Virus record (IMG/VR): IMGVR_UViG_3300036770_006954
Location: 96,001 to 160,000 of that record
Strand: one strand, 5' to 3'
Source of the DNA: a virus
DNA length: 64,000 nt
Shown here: positions 40,875 to 48,989 of the stretch, in pieces
How positions within the stretch are numbered: the stretch's first letter is position 1
Layout: each line of letters begins with the position of its first letter
Notes under the pieces: generated by a model
The model's database searches: none
What the model was told of the DNA's origin: nothing
What the model saw: only the letters and a program-made list of their open reading frames with translations
Translations under genes and position numbers: made by a program

Positions 40875-42866
40875 ATGCCCACAGCTCGTCCTTTCGCTTT
40901 AAACACTGGTAATACTATATCAGGCGCCGAACAGCTCGGTGATTTGGCTATTGGGTATGCTTCTTATGATTATACCACAAATCCTGGTGGTGTTAGATGG
41001 TGGGGTGGACCCGATGAAGACCCTGGGTATATTATTTGTTATCCTGTTTATTCTCAAAACCGCCCATCACCCGATGGTCCAATAGGAAGTGTTGGATTCA
41101 AGAGGTCAAAACAAAAAACGGAAGAATCGTTCATCCAAATATCTGAGAATATGTCCAATTTTACCGAGACATTTACCTCAGGTGTTGAAGCCAAACAATG
41201 GTTGGTTGATAACGGATATTGGACATCTTATATTGGTTCCTCGGCTTATACTCCTACGTGTTTTACAATAGATGGTGGTGTGGGTATTGGAGAAAATGCT
41301 TGGGATATAGAATACTCACCAACGTCACAAGAAATCTATCTGAACAATTTTTCCACTATTGGTGCATATGTCATCGATTCCAATACTTTACAATATAAAG
41401 GAACATTACCTGTGACGGGTACATCTGGAAACGGTCAGTTTGCTATCGACTTAAGTGATAACAAATTGTTTACTGGTCAAGTCAATGGGAATTACATTGT
41501 CAAATATGATTTGTCAGGATTACCCGTAAGTGGAAGAACAATAGATGCTGCAGCACAGCCTTATTCACCAACCAATAACTTTTTCCAAATTGCTTACAAC
41601 CCTGTACATGATAAGTTATACGTGGCAAATAATGATTCTAGAAAACTTTACATTCTCACGGGCTCTAACTTGTCAACTATTGCTGAGATTGACCCACCAA
41701 CACCCCTTACGGGTGATGATGCCTTTAATAATGTGGGTGTGAATACAAACAATGGTAATGTAATCACAACATTCGAGGGAGTTTTTATTGATGGTCAATT
41801 TTACAATTATTTTATTATAGACGGTGACACAAATGAAATCACTTACACTGGATATACAGGTTCTGGTCTCCAATGGGATAATTTAACCAAGGTTATATTT
41901 TCACCTGTAAATAATAAGTTTTACCTCATTCAATTTACGATAAGTGCCTTTACGGGTAAAGTTATACAAGTTATTGATGCCAATACTGGTGAATTTATTA
42001 AAACAATCAACCTATCTACCGCCAACTCAAACAATCAACAAACTGCAATCATTTACGATTCATTGAGAAATTACATATGGACACCTGACAGGCTTCTTAA
42101 ACAGTGGGTTGTTATTGACTGTAACACTGATGAAATTGTTCTTACATTCGAAGAAACTTTGGGTTGTGCTGGTTCATACTATGGTGGATTATTTGCAACT
42201 TACGATACTCTTAATGATAGAATGGTTGTTACTGCGGGAAGTTCATTTCAAAAAAAATATTTTGAGTTGTCCGAGATTATACCCTATCCTTATGTAACAC
42301 CAACGCCAACACCTACTCAAGAATTAACTTCCACACCTACACCTACACCATCCCAAACGGTAACTCAAACTCCAACACCCACACTTTCAATAACACCAAC
42401 AAACACACCCACACCGAGCACTAGTCCAGAACCTGTAACAGGATATTCCTTCAACTTAGTTGCCCTTCCATATAATTTTCCATCGTCAGAAAATTCAATT
42501 ATGAATGGAGAGCCTAGCGCTACTGAAGGAAGCACCGAAATTAATGTTTTAGCAAGTGGAGGGAGAGGATTTTACTTCAACAGTATAGATTCGGGAAGTG
42601 TGGACAGAACAGATTATTATTCTGCATTTACGGGTCAAAGTATAACAATAACATTTAACCAAGCAGGAAATGTTGCAATTTATTCGGGAGATACTAATTC
42701 ATTCAAGTATTGGGAACAAGCACCGACTGGTAACGGATTTGTGTTTGGTGAGGGTATTGGAGTACCACCTTCAAACACTCCAAGTGGAACTGCGGTGCTA
42801 ATACAATCGTCACCAACAAATTATACTATTGGGTTACCAGTATTTGTGAGTTTGGTTATAAATTGA
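40875..42866 (+). CDS. beta-propeller (YVTN/YncE-like) protein with PT linker, putative virion surface protein
   Basis: Repeats such as IAYNPVHDKLYVAN and VIFSPVNNKFY; TPTP linker; late motif upstream. Confidence 0.65.
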   Translation: MPTARPFALNTGNTISGAEQLGDLAIGYASYDYTTNPGGVRWWGGPDEDPGYIICYPVYSQNRPSPDGPIGSVGFKRSKQKTEESFIQISENMSNFTETFTSGVEAKQWLVDNGYWTSYIGSSAYTPTCFTIDGGVGIGENAWDIEYSPTSQEIYLNNFSTIGAYVIDSNTLQYKGTLPVTGTSGNGQFAIDLSDNKLFTGQVNGNYIVKYDLSGLPVSGRTIDAAAQPYSPTNNFFQIAYNPVHDKLYVANNDSRKLYILTGSNLSTIAEIDPPTPLTGDDAFNNVGVNTNNGNVITTFEGVFIDGQFYNYFIIDGDTNEITYTGYTGSGLQWDNLTKVIFSPVNNKFYLIQFTISAFTGKVIQVIDANTGEFIKTINLSTANSNNQQTAIIYDSLRNYIWTPDRLLKQWVVIDCNTDEIVLTFEETLGCAGSYYGGLFATYDTLNDRMVVTAGSSFQKKYFELSEIIPYPYVTPTPTPTQELTSTPTPTPSQTVTQTPTPTLSITPTNTPTPSTSPEPVTGYSFNLVALPYNFPSSENSIMNGEPSATEGSTEINVLASGGRGFYFNSIDSGSVDRTDYYSAFTGQSITITFNQAGNVAIYSGDTNSFKYWEQAPTGNGFVFGEGIGVPPSNTPSGTAVLIQSSPTNYTIGLPVFVSLVIN

Positions 42867-42939
42867 GGTCTTGGTCAGATTCGAACTGACGAATAACGCT
42901 TTTGCAGAGCGCCCCCTTGAGCCACTTGGGTACAAGACC
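42866..42939 (-). tRNA. tRNA-Cys(GCA)
   Basis: Cloverleaf, loop CTGCAAA. Confidence 0.93.
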
Positions 42940-42942
42940 TTT

Positions 42943-43020
42943 TGGGGTGATTAATGGGTTTCGAACCCACGACCTTCTGAACCACAATCAGACACTCTAA
43001 CCAACTGAGCTATAATCACC
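42943..43020 (-). tRNA. tRNA-His(GTG), with encoded G-1 and CCA
   Basis: Cloverleaf, loop TTGTGGT. Confidence 0.95.
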
Positions 43021-43036
43021 GTATATTTACAAATAT

Positions 43037-43621
43037 ATGTATATTTCAGACAAATACCAAATCCAATGGTGGGTACCACCCAGAACTGCAAGTCGGATGA
43101 CTAGAAAATTTTTAGAAAAATTAAACTTTAGAGGAGAATGGGGTCATCACACAGTTTATGGTGATTCAACATTCGATGTTTACCTTAACATAAGGAATCC
43201 CTACTCAATTGTTGTGTCACTATTTTTTTTGTCTCGTCAAGCTGAAGGATTAACATTCGAACAATTCGTCAAAAAGTCCAAAGCAGATTACTTGGGGTTC
43301 CATAACACTCACTTGTTAGATTATGTTCAAGCTTTGAAAGATAGAAAATTAAAATTAGTTAAATTAATAAGAGTAGAAAACCTTATCGATGATATGTTAT
43401 CAATTGATTTCATTCAAAATAATCAAGAATTATTGATGGATGAAATTGAAGAACTTAACAAAGGTGTTGGTCCTTGGAGAAGAGGGTATAATCCTGAAGT
43501 GTTAAAACCATACTCAGAGTTCTACACACAAGAACTTGCGGATATTGTATATCAAAATAGAAAAAAGTATTTTGAGTTTGGTGGATACGACAGAGATTCT
43601 TGGAAAACTCTGATAAACTAA
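43037..43621 (+). CDS. sulfotransferase-family protein
   Basis: PRTAS (5'-PSB-like), IRNPYSIVVSLF, IRVENL. Confidence 0.6.
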   Translation: MYISDKYQIQWWVPPRTASRMTRKFLEKLNFRGEWGHHTVYGDSTFDVYLNIRNPYSIVVSLFFLSRQAEGLTFEQFVKKSKADYLGFHNTHLLDYVQALKDRKLKLVKLIRVENLIDDMLSIDFIQNNQELLMDEIEELNKGVGPWRRGYNPEVLKPYSEFYTQELADIVYQNRKKYFEFGGYDRDSWKTLIN

Positions 43622-43628
43622 AAAAAAG

Positions 43629-43732
43629 GTGTCGGGGTAGGAATCCCACCTACAAGCGAGAACAACCATAGAAGGTCTTAATGTTCTCCATCCAAAAAAT
43701 GGATGTGCCTTTGTCAATTCAGCCACCCGACA
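43629..43732 (-). tRNA. atypical tRNA-like RNA (loop ATTTTTT, giant variable arm)
   Basis: TGTCGGG/CCCGACA, CATCC/GGATG, GTAGG-TGGGATT-CCTAC. Confidence 0.65.
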
Positions 43733-43743
43733 TAATAAGTTTG

Positions 43744-43815
43744 CTCCTCGGGGGAATTACGATATCCCGACCTAACGATTAACAGTCGTTCGCTCTACCT
43801 CTGAGCTACCGAGGA
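43744..43815 (-). tRNA. tRNA-Asn(GTT), non-canonical T-loop
   Basis: Cloverleaf, loop CTGTTAA, T-loop ATCGTAA. Confidence 0.88.
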
Positions 43816-43840
43816 ATGCTTGGCATGCAAGATTAAAATG

Positions 43841-43923
43841 TTGGAAGGGACGGATTCGAACCGCCGTACCCGTACAGGAGCAGTTTTACAGACTGCCGGT
43901 TTTAACCACTCACCCACCTTCCA
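43841..43923 (-). tRNA. tRNA-Tyr(GTA)
   Basis: Cloverleaf, loop CTGTAAA. Confidence 0.93.
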
Positions 43924-43933
43924 TTGTCATCTG

Positions 43934-44005
43934 CGGTCTATCACGGATTCGAACCGAGGCTACCTCATAGACAGTGAGGCGTGTTTACCACTACACTAAT
44001 AGACC
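43934..44005 (-). tRNA. tRNA-Asp(GTC)
   Basis: Cloverleaf, loop CTGTCTA. Confidence 0.9.
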
Positions 44006-44095
44006 AAAATAATTAATGATGAGAAATAGTTTCAAAGAAAGCTATTACCATCTTTTTCAAAAACAACTTAATTTTTTTCATACCAATAAGTATTG

Positions 44096-44201
44096 AAGTC
44101 AAGACAGGAATCGAACCTATTTTACCGCGTACATAGCCTAACACTAAAAGTTCGTTTGACTACCTCTTTAACCTACGATTACGAGCCACTCGCTCTTGAC
44201 T
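44096..44201 (-). ncRNA. tRNA-like RNA, AGTCA family
   Basis: AGTCAAG/CTTGACT acceptor, ATAGG-TTCGATT-CCTGT T arm, non-tRNA core. Confidence 0.65.
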
Positions 44202-44207
44202 AAATTA

Positions 44208-44272
44208 CCCGTCTTTCCAGGCTGTCAACAACTTATGTGTTAGCCTCACACATCAATCACTAGGTTGTCAGC
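44208..44272 (-). ncRNA. structured RNA ending TGACAG-CCTG-GAAAGA-CGGG
   Basis: P1 stem, ACAG, terminal hairpin; second copy at 44553. Confidence 0.55.
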
Positions 44273-44276
44273 TTTG

Positions 44277-44361
44277 TAGTCAGGACAGGATTCGAACCTG
44301 TAACTTTCGTAGATACCTTTCTGGCTCTCCCTACTGCGTATTCCTTTTTCGCCACCTGACT
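44277..44361 (-). ncRNA. tRNA-like RNA, AGTCA family, no anticodon loop
   Basis: AGTCAGG/CCTGACT, D arm, ACAGG-TTCGAAT-CCTGT. Confidence 0.7.
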
Positions 44362-44407
44362 AAAGTTAGTTTTCGGGACATTGGACAAAACTAACAAACC
44401 CTAAAAG

Positions 44408-44547
44408 TAATCGGGGTGGGAATTGAACCCACTCTAAAGGACGGTCCCTTTCTCAGTCACACAAGGTAATTACTCCTTGCTACACCTACCGTGTAATGCT
44501 TTGTGGCCACTCCACATTACCAAATGTCAACCATAGACATCCCGATT
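44408..44547 (-). ncRNA. expanded tRNA-like RNA (140 nt)
   Basis: AATCGGG/CCCGATT, GTGGG-TTCAATT-CCCAC, at least four internal hairpins. Confidence 0.65.
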
Positions 44548-44552
44548 ATGTT

Positions 44553-44642
44553 GCCTGTCTCTCCAAGCTGTCATACCTCCCTTGTATTCTGTTCTGGCAT
44601 ATAGCCGTTCCTAACGGTAAAGCGGTATCAAAAACCAGTATG
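44553..44642 (-). ncRNA. structured RNA ending TGACAG-CTTG-GAGAGA-CAGG
   Basis: CATAC/GTATG P1, ACAG, terminal hairpin. Confidence 0.55.
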
Positions 44643-44732
44643 TAGTCAGGACAGGACTCGAACCTGTACGAATGTTCCTTTCCCCGCAGACATAAAGTAC
44701 AACGGTGCGCCTACCAATTACGCCACCTGACT
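44643..44732 (-). ncRNA. tRNA-like RNA, AGTCA family
   Basis: AGTCAGG/CCTGACT, D arm, ACAGG-TTCGAGT-CCTGT, oversized anticodon-position loop. Confidence 0.7.
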
Positions 44733-44741
44733 ATAATAAAA

Positions 44742-44941
44742 TGGAAACCCCCCCTCTACGCTCACCGTAGTTGTGAATTTTACTGGACATAGTTTACTGT
44801 CCACCTGTTGCGAGTCGACTGCAGAGCAGGGTCCATCACAGAGTACCTTGGGGCATGTACAACTTCTTTATGGTTGCGACCCATTTGAAGCCAAGGTTCC
44901 TTTCAACGGTGCTAATCCGTCTTCTGTAAGGAGTTTTTCCA
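44742..44941 (-). ncRNA. unassigned ~200 nt multi-stem RNA
   Basis: TGGAAA/TTTCCA closing stem plus several internal helices. Confidence 0.6.
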
Positions 44942-44946
44942 TTTTG

Positions 44947-45044
44947 TGGTGTGAGCGGGATTCGAACCACGCGGCACAGTCTTTTTCACGGACTTGCTCT
45001 ACCATGGGAGTATCATATGAGTACTCCACCTGAGCTATCACACC
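44947..45044 (-). tRNA. tRNA-Phe(GAA)-like with hairpin inserted in D-loop
   Basis: GGTGTGA/TCACACC acceptor; GGAGTA...TACTCC inside the D loop. Confidence 0.7.
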
Positions 45045-45050
45045 TTATTG

Positions 45051-45131
45051 TACAGAGGGTGGGACTCGAACCCACACATCTTACGATACCGGTTCCTAAG
45101 ACCGGCGCGGCTACCGTTACGCCACCTCTGC
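45051..45131 (-). tRNA. tRNA-Leu(TAG)
   Basis: Cloverleaf, loop CTTAGGA. Confidence 0.93.
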
Positions 45132-45138
45132 ATTGAGT

Positions 45139-45282
45139 TAGTAGTAGTTGACTTTATCAGGAATCCCGCCTAACCCCATTTAAGAAGTCCAGCTTCACAC
45201 ACCATTAGAGAGAGGGTTAATTCTTAGTGTGTACCCTTGCGATATGCTCTCCCATACCGTCAACCCACGCATTGTACTACCA
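45139..45282 (-). ncRNA. unassigned ~140 nt structured RNA with possible pseudoknot
   Basis: GTAGTA/TACTAC, GTTGAC/GTCAAC, TACACACTA/TGGTGTGTG, TAACCC/GGGTTA. Confidence 0.55.
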
Positions 45283-45354
45283 ACCGTTTGTTTTTTCCAC
45301 CATTTCAAAGACCTTTTGTCTTAACAACACCACAAATATATGGTAATATTTTTA

Positions 45355-45858
45355 TCAAACCAAATCTTTATGAAAAACTTTTTCTGAATTTTGTTCTACC
45401 CAAGACAAACTAATAGAAACATGTTTGGAAGATTCTTTCTTCGATGATTCAATTTTGGTTTTCACTATTTCCAAAACCTTATCAGTTGTACATTTCCAAA
45501 TACCATTACAACTAAGTCCATCGTCTTTATCAAACAAGGCAAAAAAGAATGCATCGTTTCTTTTAACCCTGTGAAGATTATCTTCATGGATTCTATCAAG
45601 TTGAAAACTACCACCTTCTTTACAAGAAAGGTACTCGTATTTTTCTTTCCCATCTTTAGAATATGCGTCAGCACCATGTTTTGTTTTATGACATTCATGA
45701 CCAAGAATTTCGGAAACCATCCATTCTTTAATGAATCCTGGTGTTAACAGGTCTTGTTCAAACCCATTTTCCTTTTTGTATAGGTTTAGAGTCCCTACCA
45801 ATAGAAGGAGGGGATTTTCTTGTTGTGTTACCAAGTCGAGCAATTCATTTTGCGTCAT
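45355..45858 (-). CDS. PD-(D/E)xK-like nuclease candidate
   Basis: HGADAYSKDGKEKYEYLS. Confidence 0.45.
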   Translation of the reverse strand: MTQNELLDLVTQQENPLLLLVGTLNLYKKENGFEQDLLTPGFIKEWMVSEILGHECHKTKHGADAYSKDGKEKYEYLSCKEGGSFQLDRIHEDNLHRVKRNDAFFFALFDKDDGLSCNGIWKCTTDKVLEIVKTKIESSKKESSKHVSISLSWVEQNSEKVFHKDLV

Positions 45859-45873
45859 AGGGTTGTATGTTAG

Positions 45874-45946
<73 letters not shown>

Positions 45947-45992
45947 GTTATGTTGGTAAATTATAGAAAACCGAATCTATAATGTCAAATTG

Positions 45993-46065
45993 TACACCCT
46001 GAAGGACTCGAACCTCCGACATCTTGCATGTAAGGCAAGCGCTCTACCATCTGAGCTAAGAGTGT
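45993..46065 (-). tRNA. tRNA-Val(TAC)
   Basis: Cloverleaf, loop CTTACAT. Confidence 0.93.
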
Positions 46066-46069
46066 ATTT

Positions 46070-46130
46070 GCAGGATATCGCTTAACCTGCGGTGAGTGTA
46101 CCTTTCACCTTGTTCCCTTGCGGTACTACG
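46070..46130 (-). ncRNA. small RNA containing an LSU-rRNA-like motif
   Basis: AGTACCGCAAGGGAACAAGGTGAAAGGTAC followed by a GCAGG/CCTGC hairpin. Confidence 0.5.
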
Positions 46131-46139
46131 ATTTTTTTG

Positions 46140-46245
46140 AAGTCAGTACAGGTACTGCCCCTGTTGCTTGGTCTTTTGCTTAACAGAGTATTATCAATGA
46201 CACTCTGTGAACCTCACCCACGAGTTACTTTTACTCTAACTGACT
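46140..46245 (-). ncRNA. tRNA-like RNA, AGTCA family, T-loop GGCAGTA
   Basis: AGTCAGT/ACTGACT acceptor, ACAGG/CCTGT T stem. Confidence 0.6.
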
Positions 46246-46248
46246 TTG

Positions 46249-46321
46249 TGACCCCACCGAGATTTGAACTCGGAACTCCCATGTTAAAAGCATGGTACTC
46301 TAGCCGTTGAGTTATGAGGTC
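46249..46321 (-). tRNA. tRNA-Lys(TTT)
   Basis: Cloverleaf, loop CTTTTAA. Confidence 0.93.
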
Positions 46322-46328
46322 TTTTTAT

Positions 46329-46604
46329 TAACAAAGAATAACCAGGATTCTGTTTTTAATCTGTCATTAGTCTATTGGCCCCACCTTACCCGACCAGCTC
46401 ACCGTCATGGGTTGTTTTGGGTTGAATCCTCGGTGGTTCAACCGATATAAGGTTGTGGACTTATAACTGACCATTATAAGTTTGTTACCTTATATCTCCC
46501 ACCTTAAGCTGCGATTTCCTGAGTTTCCTCTATGTTCAACATTTCACACTGTTCAGTGACAATGAACACCTGATTTTATTGAACAAAGCGACAGAACTTT
46601 GTTA
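46329..46604 (-). ncRNA. rnpB: RNase P RNA, reduced (~276 nt)
   Basis: GAGGAAACTCAGGA (CR-I), TAGACTAATGAC (CR-IV), AACAGAATCCTGGTTA (CR-V); P1 AACAAAG/CTTTGTT; P2 TCTGTCG/TGACAGA; P3 present. Confidence 0.85.
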
Positions 46605-46605
46605 A

Positions 46606-47016
46606 CTATTCCAAATCCAACATCTGGCGATGCGTGATGTTTTTATTAACCTTGATTTCCTTTTTTCGATTCATCAGTTTTCTAACGGTCCACCAATCTT
46701 TCGATAGAAAAACCACATAACCTACAAGTTTTCCCGAGGCATATGGCATTCGATACTCATCCAGGACAGTAATTTGATAAGGAAAAAGATAACCCGATAT
46801 TTTTTCTTCAATCATGATTTTATAGAAAACTACTTTATCGGGACCCATCCGTTTGAAATAAACATCAGGTTTTTCGTGTTTATTGAAATATTCAGTGATA
46901 AGACCGTCTTTGATTATCAACTTGGAATCCCCATCTAAAAAAGAGTAGAATTCAGCAAATCCATGTACAGTAAGAACGATAATAACAAATAAAAGAGTAA
47001 TAAGAATTATTGTCAT
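46606..47016 (-). CDS. membrane-anchored hypothetical protein
   Basis: N-terminal TM helix. Confidence 0.55.
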   Translation of the reverse strand: MTIILITLLFVIIVLTVHGFAEFYSFLDGDSKLIIKDGLITEYFNKHEKPDVYFKRMGPDKVVFYKIMIEEKISGYLFPYQITVLDEYRMPYASGKLVGYVVFLSKDWWTVRKLMNRKKEIKVNKNITHRQMLDLE

Positions 47017-47115
47017 AGTTGAAAAATTTAAGAGTTGTTTTCGTTGTTTTCAGGTTTAGGGTTTGGTTCGTCGGATTTAGGTGGAACATTCCACATCTCA
47101 TCCCAAAAGGTGTAT

Positions 47116-47706
47116 TCACTCATTGTTGTCAGGTTTAGAAAATGTTTCTTCGGCTTTACCACCAAATTTACTGTTATTATACAAATCATCAAAATCTTTG
47201 AATCCCTTTGAACGGGCATAATCGTCGTTTTTCTTCATTTGAAATGCTCTGATAGTTTCAGGGTCTCTCATCTGGTCGGGTGTTTCAAACCCAAGGGATT
47301 TGGTACACTCTTTTTCACACCATTCATGCGAACCGATTTGAATATGGATTGGTAAATCGGTCTCGAGTGAGTCCATGAAGTCCTCGAACTGATTTGCAGC
47401 AATAAACGGCATCGTGTAAATACCCTCATCAACAGCATATCCCGATTCATCTTGACTGTCAAAGATTTCAACTCTCCCCATTCGGTATCTTTCACCCATC
47501 AAAGAGAATACTCCGTAACCAACAGTTGAATAATGAAACCTACCAGGTTCACTGACTCCGTGAAGGTCAATACAACTAGGATTTCGTTCAATCCAAGTTG
47601 CGAGATGGTTGGCAATATCTGTATCGTTTAGTTCAATATTATCCTTTTCAGCATTGTGACGGATGTTAGTTAAAAACCAAGCCAATTTTTTTCTATCTAC
47701 TTTCAT
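47116..47706 (-). CDS. hypothetical protein
   Basis: 196 aa ORF. Confidence 0.6.
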   Translation of the reverse strand: MKVDRKKLAWFLTNIRHNAEKDNIELNDTDIANHLATWIERNPSCIDLHGVSEPGRFHYSTVGYGVFSLMGERYRMGRVEIFDSQDESGYAVDEGIYTMPFIAANQFEDFMDSLETDLPIHIQIGSHEWCEKECTKSLGFETPDQMRDPETIRAFQMKKNDDYARSKGFKDFDDLYNNSKFGGKAEETFSKPDNNE

Positions 47707-47784
47707 TTCAAGTCAATATTTCGTTATTTGAAGCTCAAATGTAATCATTTGTGAGCCGTATCGTTTATGTAAATGAGCCAATTG

Positions 47785-47856
47785 TAGCGTCGGGTGGATT
47801 TGAACCACCGACCGTCTCCGTATGAAAGAGAAGCTCTACCCCTGAGCTACGACGCC
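47785..47856 (-). tRNA. tRNA-Met(CAT), elongator
   Basis: GGCGTCG acceptor, loop TTCATAC, no initiator features. Confidence 0.88.
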
Positions 47857-47859
47857 AAC

Positions 47860-48348
47860 TTAACTAAACTCTGTGGAAGTAGAAACCCGAAGTCCATTAA
47901 TGTACCCCTCGTGTTTTCGATTCGAAATAAAAGGATTACGGTCAGGATATTCTTTAAAGTAAGTCTCAATATCCCATCCATCCTCTTGACCCCATTCAAG
48001 AGACATTTGGATAAATTCATCAACATTCATTTCTCTTCCGTACTCGTCAACGACTCGACCACTTCGGATAAACTCAAAAAGTTCCTCCTTGGTTTTATAG
48101 TATTTCGAATCATTCCAGTTCCAAAGGAATTTCCATCCACTACTTCGTTTACCTAAGTGAACCTTGGTACCATCCAAGAATTCCTCCCAAGGTGAAACGG
48201 AATCCCACTCACCAACTGAGATAGAACGGAACCCTCGTTCAATTTGAGACGGATTGATTGAATCCATTTCATCAATTCTCATACGGAGCTTTTGCTCTCG
48301 TTTAATCATTTCATGTCCTTTCGGAACTCGATAAAAATTGGTTCCCAT
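47860..48348 (-). CDS. hypothetical phage protein
   Basis: MGTNFY...HLGKRSSGWKF...VDEYG. Confidence 0.65.
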   Translation of the reverse strand: MGTNFYRVPKGHEMIKREQKLRMRIDEMDSINPSQIERGFRSISVGEWDSVSPWEEFLDGTKVHLGKRSSGWKFLWNWNDSKYYKTKEELFEFIRSGRVVDEYGREMNVDEFIQMSLEWGQEDGWDIETYFKEYPDRNPFISNRKHEGYINGLRVSTSTEFS

Positions 48349-48359
48349 AATTGAATAAA

Positions 48360-48986
48360 TTAAGATACAGACGAACCATCCTTACGATAGATTTCCATCG
48401 TTGATGATTTACCTCGGTTATCTAAATGTTCAGAAACTTCAAGAAGTTGGTCTTTGAAGAAAATTCTTGCAATGTAATCCCAATCACCATCAGGAGTATC
48501 TACAGAACCACTTTGGTATGAAAAATCTTTTGAGGTTGGTGTTTCATCACTCTCGAATTCCATTTCATAGATACCACCTTTGTTTTCATCGAAACTAATA
48601 AGAATGTTATCAACACCATCCATATCTTCAGGAATTGCCAAGTAGGATTGATAAGGGTACTTCTCGTCAATTACAGTATCATCACCAACATTCTCATAAA
48701 TGTCACCCACTTCTTTATCGGTAAATGACAGAACTACATTACCTGACTCATCTTCAACCTCAAAAGTAGTTGAACCATTATCCATTGGAGCTGACATGTG
48801 AAATAAATCGGGATTGTAAAAGTCTTCCAAGATTCCTTCATCTTCCAATTCCCAACGAGTTTCAGACAAGTCTTCATATTCATTTTCGTACATGAGTTCT
48901 TGAATTCGCTCGACTTGTTCGTCCGAGATTGAATGGGCAACGGCTTCCATTTCCCAACCGTACACTTTTAATTTGTATTTTGCCAT
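48360..48986 (-). CDS. acidic hypothetical protein
   Basis: 208 aa ORF. Confidence 0.6.
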   Translation of the reverse strand: MAKYKLKVYGWEMEAVAHSISDEQVERIQELMYENEYEDLSETRWELEDEGILEDFYNPDLFHMSAPMDNGSTTFEVEDESGNVVLSFTDKEVGDIYENVGDDTVIDEKYPYQSYLAIPEDMDGVDNILISFDENKGGIYEMEFESDETPTSKDFSYQSGSVDTPDGDWDYIARIFFKDQLLEVSEHLDNRGKSSTMEIYRKDGSSVS

Positions 48987-48989
48987 TTT

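Noticed and set aside
44364-44403. preQ1-I-like element on the minus strand (GGG...TTAG...CCCGAAAACTAAC)
   Set aside because: P1 would be only 3 bp with wrong loop lengths; a simple GTTAGTTTT/AAAACTAAC hairpin fits better and no CDS follows.
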